Shown here: in pieces, positions 25,757 through 37,605 of the stretch
How positions within the stretch are numbered: position 1 is the stretch's first letter
How the letters are laid out: every line of letters begins with the position of its first letter
Origin: Nemertoderma westbladi
Taxonomy: Eukaryota; Animalia; Xenacoelomorpha
Assembly: GCA_032718475.1 (NCBI GenBank)
Contig: JAUCBJ010006321.1
Coordinates: 1-54,969 of the forward strand
DNA length: 54,969 bases
Direction: 5' to 3'
Translations under genes and position numbers: made by a program
Notes under the pieces: model-generated
What the model was told of the DNA's origin: nothing
Database searches by the model: none
What the model saw: the letters and a program-made list of their open reading frames with translations, nothing else

Positions 25757-26820
25757 ATGTCCACCGATCCCAGAGCAACCGGGACGATGTCTATTGAACC
25801 TCTCGTAACCGGCACGATCTCTACCGACCCCATAGCAACCGGGACGGTGTGTACCGATCCTCTCGTAATCGGGACGTTGTCTACCGACCCCATAGCAACC
25901 GGGACGATATCTACCGAACCTCTCGCAATCGGGACGATGTCCACTGTTCCCAGAGTAACCGGGACGATGTCTACCGAGCCTCTCGTAACCGGGACGATCT
26001 CTACCGACCCCATAGCAACCGGGATGATGTCTACCGAACCTCTCGTAACCGGGACAATGTCTACCGATCCTCTCGCAACTGGGACGATGTCTACCGAGCC
26101 TCACGTAACCGGCACGACGTCTACCGAGCCTCTCGTAATTGGGACGATGTCTACCGACCCCATATTAACTGTGACGATGTCTACCGATCCCAGAGTAACT
26201 GGGGCGATGTTTACCGACCCCATAATAACTGGGACGATGTCCACCGACCACGGAGTAACCGGGACGATGTCTACCGACCACGGAGTAACCGGGACGATGT
26301 CTACCGACCACGGAGTAACTGGGACGATGTCTACCGAACACGGAGAAACCGGGACAATGTCCACCGACCCCAGAGTAACTGGGACGATGTACACCGACCG
26401 CGGAGTAACCGGGACGATGTCTACCGACCACAGAGTAACCGGGACGATGTCTACCGCCCCCAGAGTAACCGGGATGATGTCTACCAAGCCTCTCGTAACC
26501 GGTCGGATGTCTACCGACCCCGTAATAACTGGGACGATGTCTACCAACCACATAGCAACCGGGACGATGTCTACCGAGCCTCTCATAACCGGGACGATGT
26601 CAACCGACCCCATAGGAACTGGGATGACGTCTATCGACCCCAGAGTAACCGGGACAATGTCTACCGACCCCGTAGTAACTGGGGCGATGTCTACCGACCC
26701 CATAGAAACTGGGATGATGTCTACCGACCCCATAGTAACTGGGATGATGTCTACCGACCCCATAGTAACTATGACGACGTCTACTGAACCCAGAGCAACC
26801 TGGACGATGTCTACCGAATC
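25757..26820. repeat. 30-bp minisatellite (ACCGGGACGATGTCTACCGACCCCAGAGTA-like), ~35 diverged copies
   Basis: 10-aa-periodic ORFs on both strands (TGTMSTDPRV / YRPHSNRDDV). Confidence 0.95.
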
Positions 26821-27340
26821 CGAACAGTTGGAAATTTTTCCTACATTCCATCTCAATTGTGTGAAAAACTCAGCCAGGAATCATTCGACATAGCGAGCGC
26901 AATACGTTACTTTACTTCAAACTGTAACACGTCAAACTTTTCCCTATTAATGATTCCTGAGTGTACGAGCAAACAGCACTTTCAATTACACCTCGTGGAA
27001 CGCAAATCAAAAACAGTCTTCACATACTGTCCCCTTAAATCCAAAGTGATCACCCCAACAACCGAATTAATCGCAAACACCCTAAACATCTTCGAAAACA
27101 AATGTGCGTCATTTACCAATGCCAAGAAACCTAGACAGTGGAAACCCTGCATGAAGCAACGGCCCTTTCCGGGACAGGGACCATTCCCTGACTGTGGCCC
27201 ATACATCTGCATGTATGGCCTGGCAACAGCAAATGGACTCATGGTGCTTGCCATTGCCAAAGCCCCAACCCCCCACTCCAGAGGAGAAAAGCAAGGCCTT
27301 GCGTGACAGGTTAAAATCATGCATCACAGACGTATGGATC
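26821..27340 (+). pseudogene. Ulp1/SENP-like (peptidase C48) domain, frameshifted, within the LINE 5' coding region
   Basis: EIFPTF..KL...LLMIP..HFQLHLV...TVFTYCPL...W....PGQGPFPDCGPYICMY. His (26977), Gln (27175) and Cys (27193) show Ulp1-like spacing. Confidence 0.7.
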
Positions 27341-27795
27341 CAGTTTGCTGACTCGAACACAACTCAACCAACTAAGAAACTCAAGTCTAAAGCAAGGAGT
27401 CACTCCGCAGAATCTCGTAACCCACCAGACTCGGATCAGAATTCCACACGCGTAACAAAGGAACTATTCAGCTCAATAAATTCTCCCACACATTTTATCA
27501 ACACCCTAAGAAGCTCGAAGCTGCTGCAAAACCCAAAAGATGACCTCATAACATCCCTCTGTCACCTAGGTGTGCAAACTCTCCACACCTTCCAAAACAT
27601 GCTGTTCACCGAGATAACACAGCACATTCTTGGCAGCACCGCAGGGGCAAACATAACACCCTTCAACAGAAAATCACTCACCGAATTGGCAACTGACGTC
27701 CCGAATTTGCTATCGTCATCAACTCCAATTCAATCACACCAGAGTTCAAATAGAGAGTTAACATTGCCTCCGTCAACACACTTGGGTTTCTGGAC

Positions 27796-28869
27796 TTGTT
27801 AGACAAGGTAGTAAACATGCAGATAGACCTGAAAGCCACTCAGTTGAACCTCGCCACTGCAAGTGTGAGAATTGAGAGCCTGGAGCTGATTGTCACAAAC
27901 ATAGCTAACAACATGAAGACAACAAATAACACCAACAATTCAGCTTTCTCCTCCCCAGTTTCACTAAAGCGAACTACCAAAGCCAAGCATCAACTGAAAA
28001 ATATGGGGGAAAATCACAAAACTAAGCGATCTGGCAACACAACAAAGTCACGCTCTCTGGTATCACTTGACTCAGACCTCTCAGACGAACATGAATGCGT
28101 AACTGACTGCAGTACTGCACCATCCTACAAAACAATAGACGCTGACGAAGGGGAATCATCACCCTCAAGTTGCGTAGACCAACCATCTATCCCCAATCCG
28201 ACTACTTTAGAAGAAGTCTTGTATTCAAAAGAAACCTGGACCCAAAGCAACTCCACTATAACACCTTCAAAAAGCCGCCCCAGACATACACCTACACCCA
28301 CTTCAAACATATTCAGTGAACTTGACCCAGACGCCAACCTGCTAAGTGAACTAAGAAAACAGAACGAGTTGTTGAATGAGATCATTAATCAGAGTAAACC
28401 AGTAAATAACAGCAGCATCAGGGGAAAAGGCAACACCAGCAGCAGTGACACAATCACACTCCATATTTCAGGCCTCCCACACAAAACCAACTGCATTGGA
28501 TTATCACAGTTCTGCTTCCGGCAGACAGGTATACGACCCATACACCTATACATAATTGGCAAATGCGGCGAACTAAAATCTGCAAAGGTGACCATTCTCA
28601 CATCCGAATCAAACATATTTCTCAATCAAAAAATGTGGCCCGGCGTCAACCCAACTGTCTCCAAGCACACATCAAGGCAACCCACTGACACCCGTCACCA
28701 CAAACATTTCAACCCCACCACTAGCACACGAACCTCCCACAATAACTACAAACACCAATTGAGCAGAAGTCCCCAGGAGCAGTTCACTCACATCACTGAC
28801 AACAAGTTAGGCCACTCCCGCAATACTCATACCCACCCACCCAACAAGATATCAAGATCCTCGAACTAA
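27796..28869 (+). pseudogene. LINE ORF1-like segment (coiled coil plus RRM-like domain)
   Basis: Heptad-like LKATQLNLATASVRIESLELIV; TITLHISGLP...KSAKVTI...MWP pattern typical of LINE ORF1 C-terminal domains. Confidence 0.6.
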
Positions 28870-29429
28870 TTACTCCAGGTTCACACACTTTACGAAAGGA
28901 CCCGACAGGCATAGCCCTCGTCACCCTTCTGGGTCTGGTTATCTCTCAAGTCAATTCACCTCTCGCCCCAACAATAATTCCCGTTACAGTCATGCCAATC
29001 GACATGACCATGGTGAGGATTACCACAATCACAATTATCCTTACACCACAGGTGAAGACGCATACCACAATTACTTCCCACCAAGATCTGAGATACTCAC
29101 TCTAATCTGATCTGCTCACTCTGATCTGCTCACTCTAACAATAACCCCCATAGCCCATACAACAGAATAAACAGTTATCAGAGAACAGAAAACATACACA
29201 AAGATGGGTATAAATCACACAACTTCGCTAACGACTACTCATCTACAGGTAGGAATTTGCTAAACAATATATGAAACAAATATGAAGAAGACCTGCAATA
29301 CCATAGCCGCTTTTAAAGAGAGCAAAATCCACCCACGCATACCAGATGTCCCTGTCCACACTTTAAGACAGAAAACAGATTTCACTGAAGCTACAGCCCA
29401 TTTCAATAGCAGGATCACCTCACACCTTG

Positions 29430-30489
29430 ATCTAAAGCTAATCACCCTTAACGTAAAGGGCTACATCAGAAACAAGCTCTATATAACCTCATTGATTGAA
29501 CACGATGGACCTGACATGCTGTTCCCACAGGAAACATGGCATAATCTTAGAGAAACAGAATACCATCTGCGCACCAAAGAAAAGTGCCCAAGGGTTACAA
29601 TTGCTACTATACCATATCGTCAAACATGAAGAATGGGGCACCCAAAGTCAGGGGAGAAGGTGGAACGGCCATTATGGTAAAGGATTCACTCATCCCATAC
29701 TGCACAGAACTACTGGAAGTGTCTGACCGCATAATTTCCCTATCCATCAAGGACCACCCCATCATCCCAAACTCTCTCATAATCGGCACCTACATGCCAT
29801 CCAACTGCGGCAGGACAGATGACAGAGACAACTACATGGAAGAATGCCTTGAGCTAAACACTCTTATAACAGAGGCTCGCAAAGAAGGACTACAGGTAAT
29901 AATTGTAGGAGACACCAACGCAAACTCAAAACAACATACTCAGGGTCAAAACACAAAACCTACCTTCCACCAAATATCCAACGACAATGTCATCCTTCCA
30001 TTTCAACTAACCATTTCCGACCTACTCCCCACAGTAACAGGACCCTCAACAACCTATCGTTTCAAGGCAAAAGATGGCAGCACACTCAGGTCCTCTCATA
30101 TTGAACATATCATCGTCTCCTCGGGACTAGAAAATAACATAGCTAATTGTCTTAGATTCCCTGAGGATCCTCTAAACCTCTCCAATCACACTCCAGTGAA
30201 GACCACCTTAAGATTTTTGGAAGCCACTGGAACACACCACCCAAACAAGACCTCTCTTAAAGTAACATGTAACAAAACTAAGAATTTCCACTTTAAAAAG
30301 GCTTTACAGAAGCAGCTCGAAAATTATCGGAATGAGATTACAACAAAGTTGGAATCTGACCTGGACTTTCACAATAACACAGAGGTCAACACAAAGTTCA
30401 ACATTATAACCACCACAATTCAGCAAGCCGCAGAGCTACATATACCCCTTACTTACAACAGAAAATTGCGCCTAACTGGAACACAATGA
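29430..30489 (+). pseudogene. LINE APE-type endonuclease domain (frameshifted)
   Basis: LITLNVKG, QETW, GGTAIMVK, IIVGDTNA, SHIEHI and LSNHTPV motifs in the expected order. Confidence 0.9.
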
Positions 30490-30654
30490 TTCCTGCGTAA
30501 AAAACACAACGACACAATGCCCGACCTGGGTTCCTTCAAAGAATCCTATGACAAATCCAGATCTGCCTGGGAAAGAGGTAGGTAAATAAAGGACATTCAT
30601 AACAATGAATATAACAGCTTCATAGATGCCAGAACTAAATATTGCTCCGCTAGC

Positions 30655-30990
30655 TTAAGGGGGGGGGGGGGGGGGGGTAGCACATTTTCTGACCAAAAAG
30701 TCGAATTTTTGAAACATATCCTATCTGATGCAGAATTTCATGCTGAATCCAAATATGGAAACCGTTTTCCCATATCTTGCTTAGTTTTCTAGATATCTGT
30801 GATAGAAGATACTGGCTCCGATATATCGCGATATCGGTAAAGGAGATGAAGTTTGGTGTTTGCATTCAATTTCTGGAAATTTCTGTGCTCAGTTGTGCTA
30901 ATTGGATGTCTCCACGAGAAAGAGTACAGAATTTTAATTGAGAAGGTATTGTTTTATGATTATTGGAAGTTCGTTTTAGGCTCATTCGAA
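30655..30990. mobile_element. Fragment of a DNA element (TTAA-GGGG end, Kolobok-like) interrupting the LINE
   Basis: Abrupt compositional switch at TTAA+poly-G. RT-like sequence resumes only near 31000, and the N-terminal RT motifs are missing. Confidence 0.55.
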
Positions 30991-30994
30991 AGCT

Positions 30995-32207
30995 CAGACA
31001 TCGCATACTCCTCTGTTGCAAACATAATAGAACATTTCAACAAGAACCACTCCACTATCTACCTTGTATCCGTGGACTTGAAAGCAGCTTTCGACAACGT
31101 CTCTAACAACAAGCTGTTCTCTCTCCTTAAGGGGAAAATAGACCCTTACCTTCTCTCATCGCTCAAATCCTATTATAAGTCTGGGTCTGTCCTCATGCAA
31201 TGCAACGGGTACACATACACTAGAGAAATCAAACTAACACAGGGAGTTCGCCAGGGTGGAATCATCCCCCTACTGTTCAACATCTACATGATGCTTCTTT
31301 TCAATGAGATAGAAGCAAGCGGCTATGGATGTCACCTCTCCAAGCAATCATATGCAGCAGTCGGATATGGAGACGACATCGCCCTGCTAGCCAATCTAAA
31401 ATCAGACATAATGGCACTACTAGAAATTGCCACCAAATACTTTCAGGAACATAATATAACGCTAAATTGTAGGAAGACAAAATACATCTGCATTACAGAT
31501 GTTAACAACATCAATCTTGACCAAGAGCTGAAGCTGCATCACCTGAACATTAACCTGAGATCAACATTAGCATGTACATACTTGGGCCTCCCACTGCCAT
31601 CCACACCACGTTCTTTAGAATCTGACTTTAAAGGGAAGTGCATAACCCAAGCCAGAAATATGCAGTCAAGAGGATTTTGTATTAACACCATTCCTCTCCA
31701 CGTTATTTCCAAGATATGGAAGGTCGTTTGCTTACCATCTATACTCTACGGCTCCCCCATCCTAACAGGAATCGGTGCCTCAAGTACCACCAAGAGTTTG
31801 AACAAAACCATGCGCAAGCTTATACTACTAGCCAGAAACTACATTTCAAATAACAACTATACAAGTTGCTGGACTGTAACATAGAAACCATAATCCATAT
31901 CAACACTCTACGCCTCGTACACAATTCCTTTTCTTGTAGCAACAAGAAGGTCACCTACCTTTACAATCATCTCCTGTGTAAGCACTTGCTGGGAACGGTG
32001 AGGACATCGTTGTTCACTGAGTACGTAAAATACGCGTGGTTGAGTAACTTTCTGACCCTCACCTCTATAAGCGTCCATAAATACGACACTAACCGGCTCG
32101 AACATCAGGCCAAGTCTCGTGCACATAATATGCACGTCAACACCGAGTCGGAATATCGAACCCCTTTACCTCATGTCCTTACTCAACAGCGACACCGGGA
32201 CGTATGA
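30995..32207 (+). pseudogene. LINE reverse transcriptase domain (partial, frameshifted C-terminus)
   Basis: YLVSVDLKAAFDNV, GVRQGGI.PLLFNIY, GYGDDIALL, NCRKTK, YLG. Confidence 0.92.
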
Positions 32208-32613
32208 GGCCAGATGGTCAGTGTTTATGCAATGCTTCCCAAACATTCAGGCTGGGTAACACCACATACGACCCACTTTTAACCACCACAACCGCACACT
32301 CCAACGCTTTTTACAAACTATCAACACAACTCATTAATTGTCTTAATGGGACAATGAGCCCAACCCTTTTAATCCTTTTATCTAACGTGCATTCATAGCC
32401 GGTATTTTATTGTTTGTCTGTATTTATCGTTTAACTGTTCCCGTTCTTATCGATTTTATCAACCTTGACTAATATAGCCGCTGGGGCGTAAGCCAGATTG
32501 TTAATAAATAAATAATGGGAATACTGTACTTGCCAGCAACATCTATCTCACAAACATAATTAAGTTTATCGCTTTCTGGCTAATCGTAAAATAACATTTT
32601 GATATTATTTTAG

Positions 32614-32729
32614 ATTACAAATGCAATACGGGCGACATTATTGGAGGTGATAGTAACTTGACTGAATCGCAATGGACGGCGGTCAGGATGTTAGTTCATC
32701 CGAAGGACACAGAGGAAGCCAATTGTAAC
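32614..32729 (+). CDS. SLC22 exon 2 (extracellular loop)
   Basis: attttag acceptor. Reads (D)YKCNTGDIIGGDSNLTESQWTAVRMLVHPKDTEEANCN; donor |gtgagt. Phases 1->0 fit the neighbouring exons. Confidence 0.85.
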
Positions 32730-33002
32730 GTGAGTAAATACCGCAATATCAACAATACTTTTACTCTGTAACTACATTGGATTCTACGGTATATTTGGTA
32801 TAGATTTCACAGAAAAAGGCAAGATGTTAAATTATTTTAAAAAGTCGCTTTTTAAAAAGAACGTGCCACCAAAATAGTAAATTTAAATTACAGTGACTTT
32901 GTATTTTTTAATGAACATGGGACATGGTTAATTATGGCAAAAAATTATTCCAAATACAATCGTATTTTATTCTACTTGCATATAATATTTAAGAATAACT
33001 GA

Positions 33003-33188
33003 CACATTTTGAGTTGTTGCTGGCATTACTTTGCTACAGTATTAAAGAGTCACATTTTGAGTTGTTGCTGGCATTACTTTGCTACAGTATTAAAGAGTCA
33101 CATTTTGAGTTGTTGCTGGCATTACTTTGCTACAGTATTAAAGAGTCACATTTTGAGTTGTTGCTGGCATTACTTTGCTACAGTATTA
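33003..33188. repeat. 48-bp perfect tandem repeat, ~3.9 copies
   Basis: CACATTTTGAGTTGTTGCTGGCATTACTTTGCTACAGTATTAAAGAGT repeated. Confidence 0.95.
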
Positions 33189-33224
33189 ATAGTGTCTGAC
33201 ATGAATGAAACACACCACCGAGCT

Positions 33225-34240
33225 AAAATTATATTATTATGGGGTTTTCGGGGTCGCTGACTTCATTTCTGATGTCAGTTTTTACGAGTGACCAACTCTA
33301 GGATATCTATGTCTGTGTCTGTATGTATGTCTGTTTGTCTGTCAGTCTGTCTGTCAATAAGGAAGCATACTATGTAATAAAAACATGTGCAATGGGGGTT
33401 TTCCAGGTCTCTGATTTCATTTCTGTTGTCAGTTTTTACGACTGACCAACTCTAGGCTGTCTTTGTCTGTATGTATGTCTGTTTGTCTGTGAGTTTGTCT
33501 GTCAAAAGATATGGAAGCATCCTATGTTATAAAAACATTCGCCATGGGGGTTTTCCAGGTCGCTGATTTCATTTCTGATGTCAGTTTTTACGACTGACCA
33601 ACTCTAGGATATCTGTGTCTGTATGTATGTCTGTTTGTCTGTCAGTCTGTATGTCAAAAAATAAGGATAAAAAATAAATAAACAGGTAAGCAATAGAGTC
33701 TTACACCCCACAACTCTATTGCTCTCTATTGCTGAAAACTCTATTGCTTACCTGTTTATTTATTTTTTATATATATATAACAAGCCCCTGTTAGTCAGGA
33801 TGTCGCGTACGACCTTTAATTATCATTTCAAAAAATAAGGAAGCATACTATGTAATAAAAACATGTGCCATGGGGGTTTTCCAGGTCTCTGATTTAATTT
33901 CTGATGTCAGTTTTTACGACTGACCAACTCTAGGCTGTCTTTGTCTGTATGTATGTCTGTTTGTCTGTCATTCTGTCTGTCAAACAATAAGGAAGCATAT
34001 TATGTAACATTCACCATGGGGGTTTTCCAGGTAGCTGATTTCATTTCTGATGTTAGTTTATACTACTGACCAACACTAGGATGTATGTGTCTGTGTCTGT
34101 ATGTATGTCTGTTTGTCTGTCTCTCAATCTGTCTGTCAAAAAATAAGGAAGAGCATATTATGTAATAAAAACATTCGCCGGCGTGAAAAAGGCGGGAAAA
34201 CTGACATCAGAAATGAAATCAACGAACAGGAAAACCTCTG
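33225..34240. repeat. Helentron-like element with ~5 tandem ~150-bp units containing GTCT microsatellite
   Basis: Recurring GGGGGTTTTCCAGGTCGCTGATTTCATTTCTGATGTCAG + (GTCT/GTAT)n; inverted copy at 34195-34240. Same family as 42780-43983 and 48669-48830. Confidence 0.7.
33668..33770. mobile_element. ~100-bp hairpin/MITE with ~32-bp perfect inverted arms
   Basis: ATAAAAAATAAATAAACAGGTAAGCAATAGAGT ... ACTCTATTGCTTACCTGTTTATTTATTTTTTAT. Confidence 0.8.
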
Positions 34241-34477
34241 TTGAATGTAGTGCTATCAACATCAGAGGACATACAATACCGTATATTGTTATGCTTTAGG
34301 CCTACTGTTATATTTGCCTGCTTAACTATACTATTAATCTGTTAGCCAATCAGAGTAGAGGAAATATTTAATACCTAAATGAATTGGGATGACGCCTTAT
34401 GCGCTGAATGGGAATTTATAATGTTTCCTAACAACCGGAGTATACAGTAGTTTACAGCCAATAATATCAAGTATATT

Positions 34478-34552
34478 CCCATGGCACAACAGTTGTGCCA
34501 TAGCGCAGTTGGTCATGGCACAACAGTTGTGCCATAGGATCGAAAGGGTTAA
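34478..34552. mobile_element. piggyBac-like transposon end with two palindromic ATGGCACAAC-A-GTTGTGCCAT motifs
   Basis: Two identical 21-bp palindromes followed by GAAAGGG|TTAA. Confidence 0.5.
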
Positions 34553-35449
34553 CCAACTACTGTAGACCCAATACAGGTATTTTTGCGCGGGAAGGTTTGA
34601 ACTTTAGGCGATTATCTCAGAATGACATTTTTTCGCACGAAAAATACAAAGACTCCTCCGCCATTTCGTAACCGTTTTTTCAATTGTTGCTTTATGTGAG
34701 AGGTAATTTCATAAGCTTTAATAAATTTCACGCACTTTTCTTAATTTAATAATATTTCCCCATTTTTTGAATGAAAAAATTACAAAGATGTAGATTTCAG
34801 ATGAATAGATTTCAGAAGCCGCGGAATATTCTTTGTAACAAATGATGGGAATGGAGTTACATGATTGAGTGGCAAATTGTACAGATCAGTAACATTTTTT
34901 GATTTTTGTTTGCTGATTTGTGCATTCTGTCAGTTCAGCGAGTTGGTAGTTTAATACATTTAACATTATGTCCTGGAATAGGATCGAAAATTTGGATTAA
35001 CTATTTATTACTGCTTTTCTTTTCAACTGTGGCTATCTCCCTTGTTAAACTATATATTTATATACCGGTATATATATATACAATCTATATAGATACAAAT
35101 GTGAAACCAGTCTACTATCAAAAATGAAACCTAACTACAAATAAACACTTTAATAACTGCAACTGCACGAATAACTCCTACAGTATACAGTATATTACAC
35201 GTTCGTGGGGACTTCGCGCAGCACGAGGCCTAGTTATTATATACAAATTAAAATGCAGCGACTGTATCACAAAATCAGGTTTTGAGAAATTTACCCACAC
35301 CACCAATCAATCAAAGAAAGGTGGACAGTACGTGTTCACCCCTTTTAATCTCCCCCCCCCCCCCCCCCCCACCCTTCCCAACCACCAATACATAACCGCG
35401 ACATCTACCACCCACGGAAGGGTAGCACGAACTTATTTCCAATCGCACG

Positions 35450-35742
35450 TTAAATATGCAAAGCCAGGTGGTTTATAGGAATATAATAAACGCAGTACTC
35501 GTTTTCATTATAAGCCTCTTTGCGTTCGTCCTGTTTTGTATTTAAATATATTTCTTAAACGCAGGCTAGGACGATCTTTATAATAATAATAACTAGGGAT
35601 GCGATCAATATGTGAAGCCAGGTGGTTTATATAATAATTTAGTCAACGCAGTACTCGTCTTCATTATATGCCTCGTTGCGCTCGTCGCTTGTCCTGTTTT
35701 GTCATAAAATATTTTTCCTAAACGCAGACTGACGATCTTTAT
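35450..35742. repeat. Diverged direct duplication of ~135-155 bp
   Basis: AAGCCAGGTGGTTTATA...ACGCAGTACTCG...AAACGCAG..GACGATCTTTA occurs at 35461 and 35615. Confidence 0.75.
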
Positions 35743-36569
35743 ACAGTTATAACTATGCGAAGTTTCGAAACTGTGCGAGTAACTGTTGATACATCTATGT
35801 GGAGATGTGTGATATGTGGTGTGGAGATGTGTGATACAACGCCAACGCATCTTATGCCGATGTAGTAATATGGGTATTGAAATAATATTAAATCAATGTA
35901 CACTCTTAAAGCTGCAGCGAAAAAATGTAGCTAATTTCCTAGGTTACATATAAAATAATAATATTATTTTTAAGAACATTAATTTTACTACTTTGCAAAA
36001 ATTCAATTAAAAAATAACCAGACATATACTTATTTCTTTTATAATTGATATCATAGGCCTACCTACAACATTATTAATTACAACACTATTAGTGTATTTT
36101 TCGTTAATTACATATACATTGTGGAATAAACTATTTCAGAAGCCTACAACAGCCATGCCATGGATTGTATTTATGTTATTATATCTGTCATTTAACTGAG
36201 ATAGCAATAGTAGTAATAGTCGAACGGTTATGCGGCCCGTCCAGCCTATAATAAACACAATTCAGTGATTGGGCTGGAATAGCAATACTGGTTGCCTCTA
36301 TTACAATTCCTCTCAGGTTAGTCTACAGCCACAACTCCCAGCAGCTAGCTCCACACCAGCAGAGACTTGACCAATAATGGGAAGGATTAAATTTGTACTC
36401 AATAATTGTGCGGTTTAATTACGTTTAGATCAATTAAAGACACATTTATTAAAGCAAATCACTTAAACTAATTAAAAACTATAATAGAATGGCGTATGGG
36501 GATTATATCTGTATAATTTTTAAGTATAATTATTTAAATCTTATACTGTAAAACAATTAATTTCCTTTA

Positions 36570-36860
36570 AAAGGCAGGTTGAAAATGGCGTTTTCACCGC
36601 AATCAACTTAATTAACTAATTAACTGCTATTATCTTAGCTTCTCGAAGGCCACACGGAAATTCTACTTGGAAAATTTCTAAACTTTTGCCAAACAACATG
36701 TGTACCAAGTTTGGATAGATTTCATCAAAGATTGGCCGAGTTATTAACGTTTAAAATTGAACACGACAGAACGACAGAACGACAGAACGACAGAACGACA
36801 GGTTGATTAATGGTACCACTACGCTAAGGCTCACTCACTTCGTGGCTCGCCCCACAAATA
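36570..36860. mobile_element. Helitron/Helentron-like non-autonomous element with (ACAGAACG)n
   Basis: 8-bp microsatellite at 36763-36801. The terminal GGCTCGCCCCACA also occurs inverted at 42256. Confidence 0.45.
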
Positions 36861-37443
36861 CAGGACTTTTTGTCCGCCGAAAGGGGTAAGTCTACATACT
36901 AAATTTGATAAAAATAAAGGGTTTCAGGATTTAAACACTGTACCCAGAGAAACACAGCTCCATCATCAGCTGTGTACTGTGAGTCCCTAACCCTATCTTA
37001 ATACAGCACTGTACCAATTAACCCAGAAATAGGAAATGTAACCAAATACTGAAATACAGAAAAAAACAAATCAGACAGAAAGTAGATATAGATGAAACCC
37101 AAAATCTGATACCAGTAAAGCCTAAAACAAACTACCGAAGTACATGCAACCAAAATAAGAAAGAACCAAAGTAAGAATAATGACCAAATTGTACTGTACT
37201 ATACTGTATCTACAATAGTAGGTCATGGTTGTAGGCTATATGCACTACAGACTATACTAGTAGGCCTACTGTTAGTTGTAGCCTGATTTACAGTAGGCCT
37301 AGTACTGTTGTAGGCTATAAGTATGTAGGATAAACAATTTGGAACTTGGGACAATTTGGAATCAGATATCCAGTGATCCAGGTATTGTAGTCAATGCAAA
37401 AATGATGAGAAATAGTGTTAATGTGCCCCTTTTTATTTCTTAG

Positions 37444-37605
37444 GTGTACGAGAACGATTGGAATTCAGTTTTGGAAAGCCTGTTGCATACAAACGACACC
37501 ACGGGTTGGCTAATAACTGCAAACCAATCGACCAATAGGAAATTAGTACCTTGTGATTCGTGGACCTATGATCGATCAGTATTCGCGCATACTTTAAAAA
37601 TGGCG
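37444..37605 (+). CDS. SLC22 exon 3 (extracellular loop)
   Basis: tttcttag acceptor. Reads VYENDW...LVPCDSWTYDRSVFAHTLKMA (C..WxYDxS motif); donor |gtaaat. Confidence 0.92.

Larger units (their letters stand above)
25270..32515 (+). mobile_element. Decayed ~7.2-kb APE-type non-LTR retrotransposon (RTE-X/Proto2-like RT motifs, clade tentative) in SLC22 intron 1
   Basis: Ordered fragments: ORF1 region (protease-like, coiled coil, RRM-like), endonuclease, RT, then a 3' (ATAA)n tail at 32502-32516. Multiple frameshifts. The 5' boundary is approximate. Confidence 0.85.

Noticed and set aside
25742-26893. Mucin-like host protein (Thr-rich repeat ORF)
   Set aside because: No signal peptide or splice context; it lies within the LINE and is open in multiple frames.
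33009-33260. Cys-rich repeat peptide SCCWHYFATVLKSHIL
   Set aside because: It is a translation of a perfect 48-bp intronic tandem repeat, with a non-ATG start.
34501-34512. tRNA A-box-like TAGCGCAGTTGG
   Set aside because: No B-box or cloverleaf; it sits between two transposon-end palindromes.
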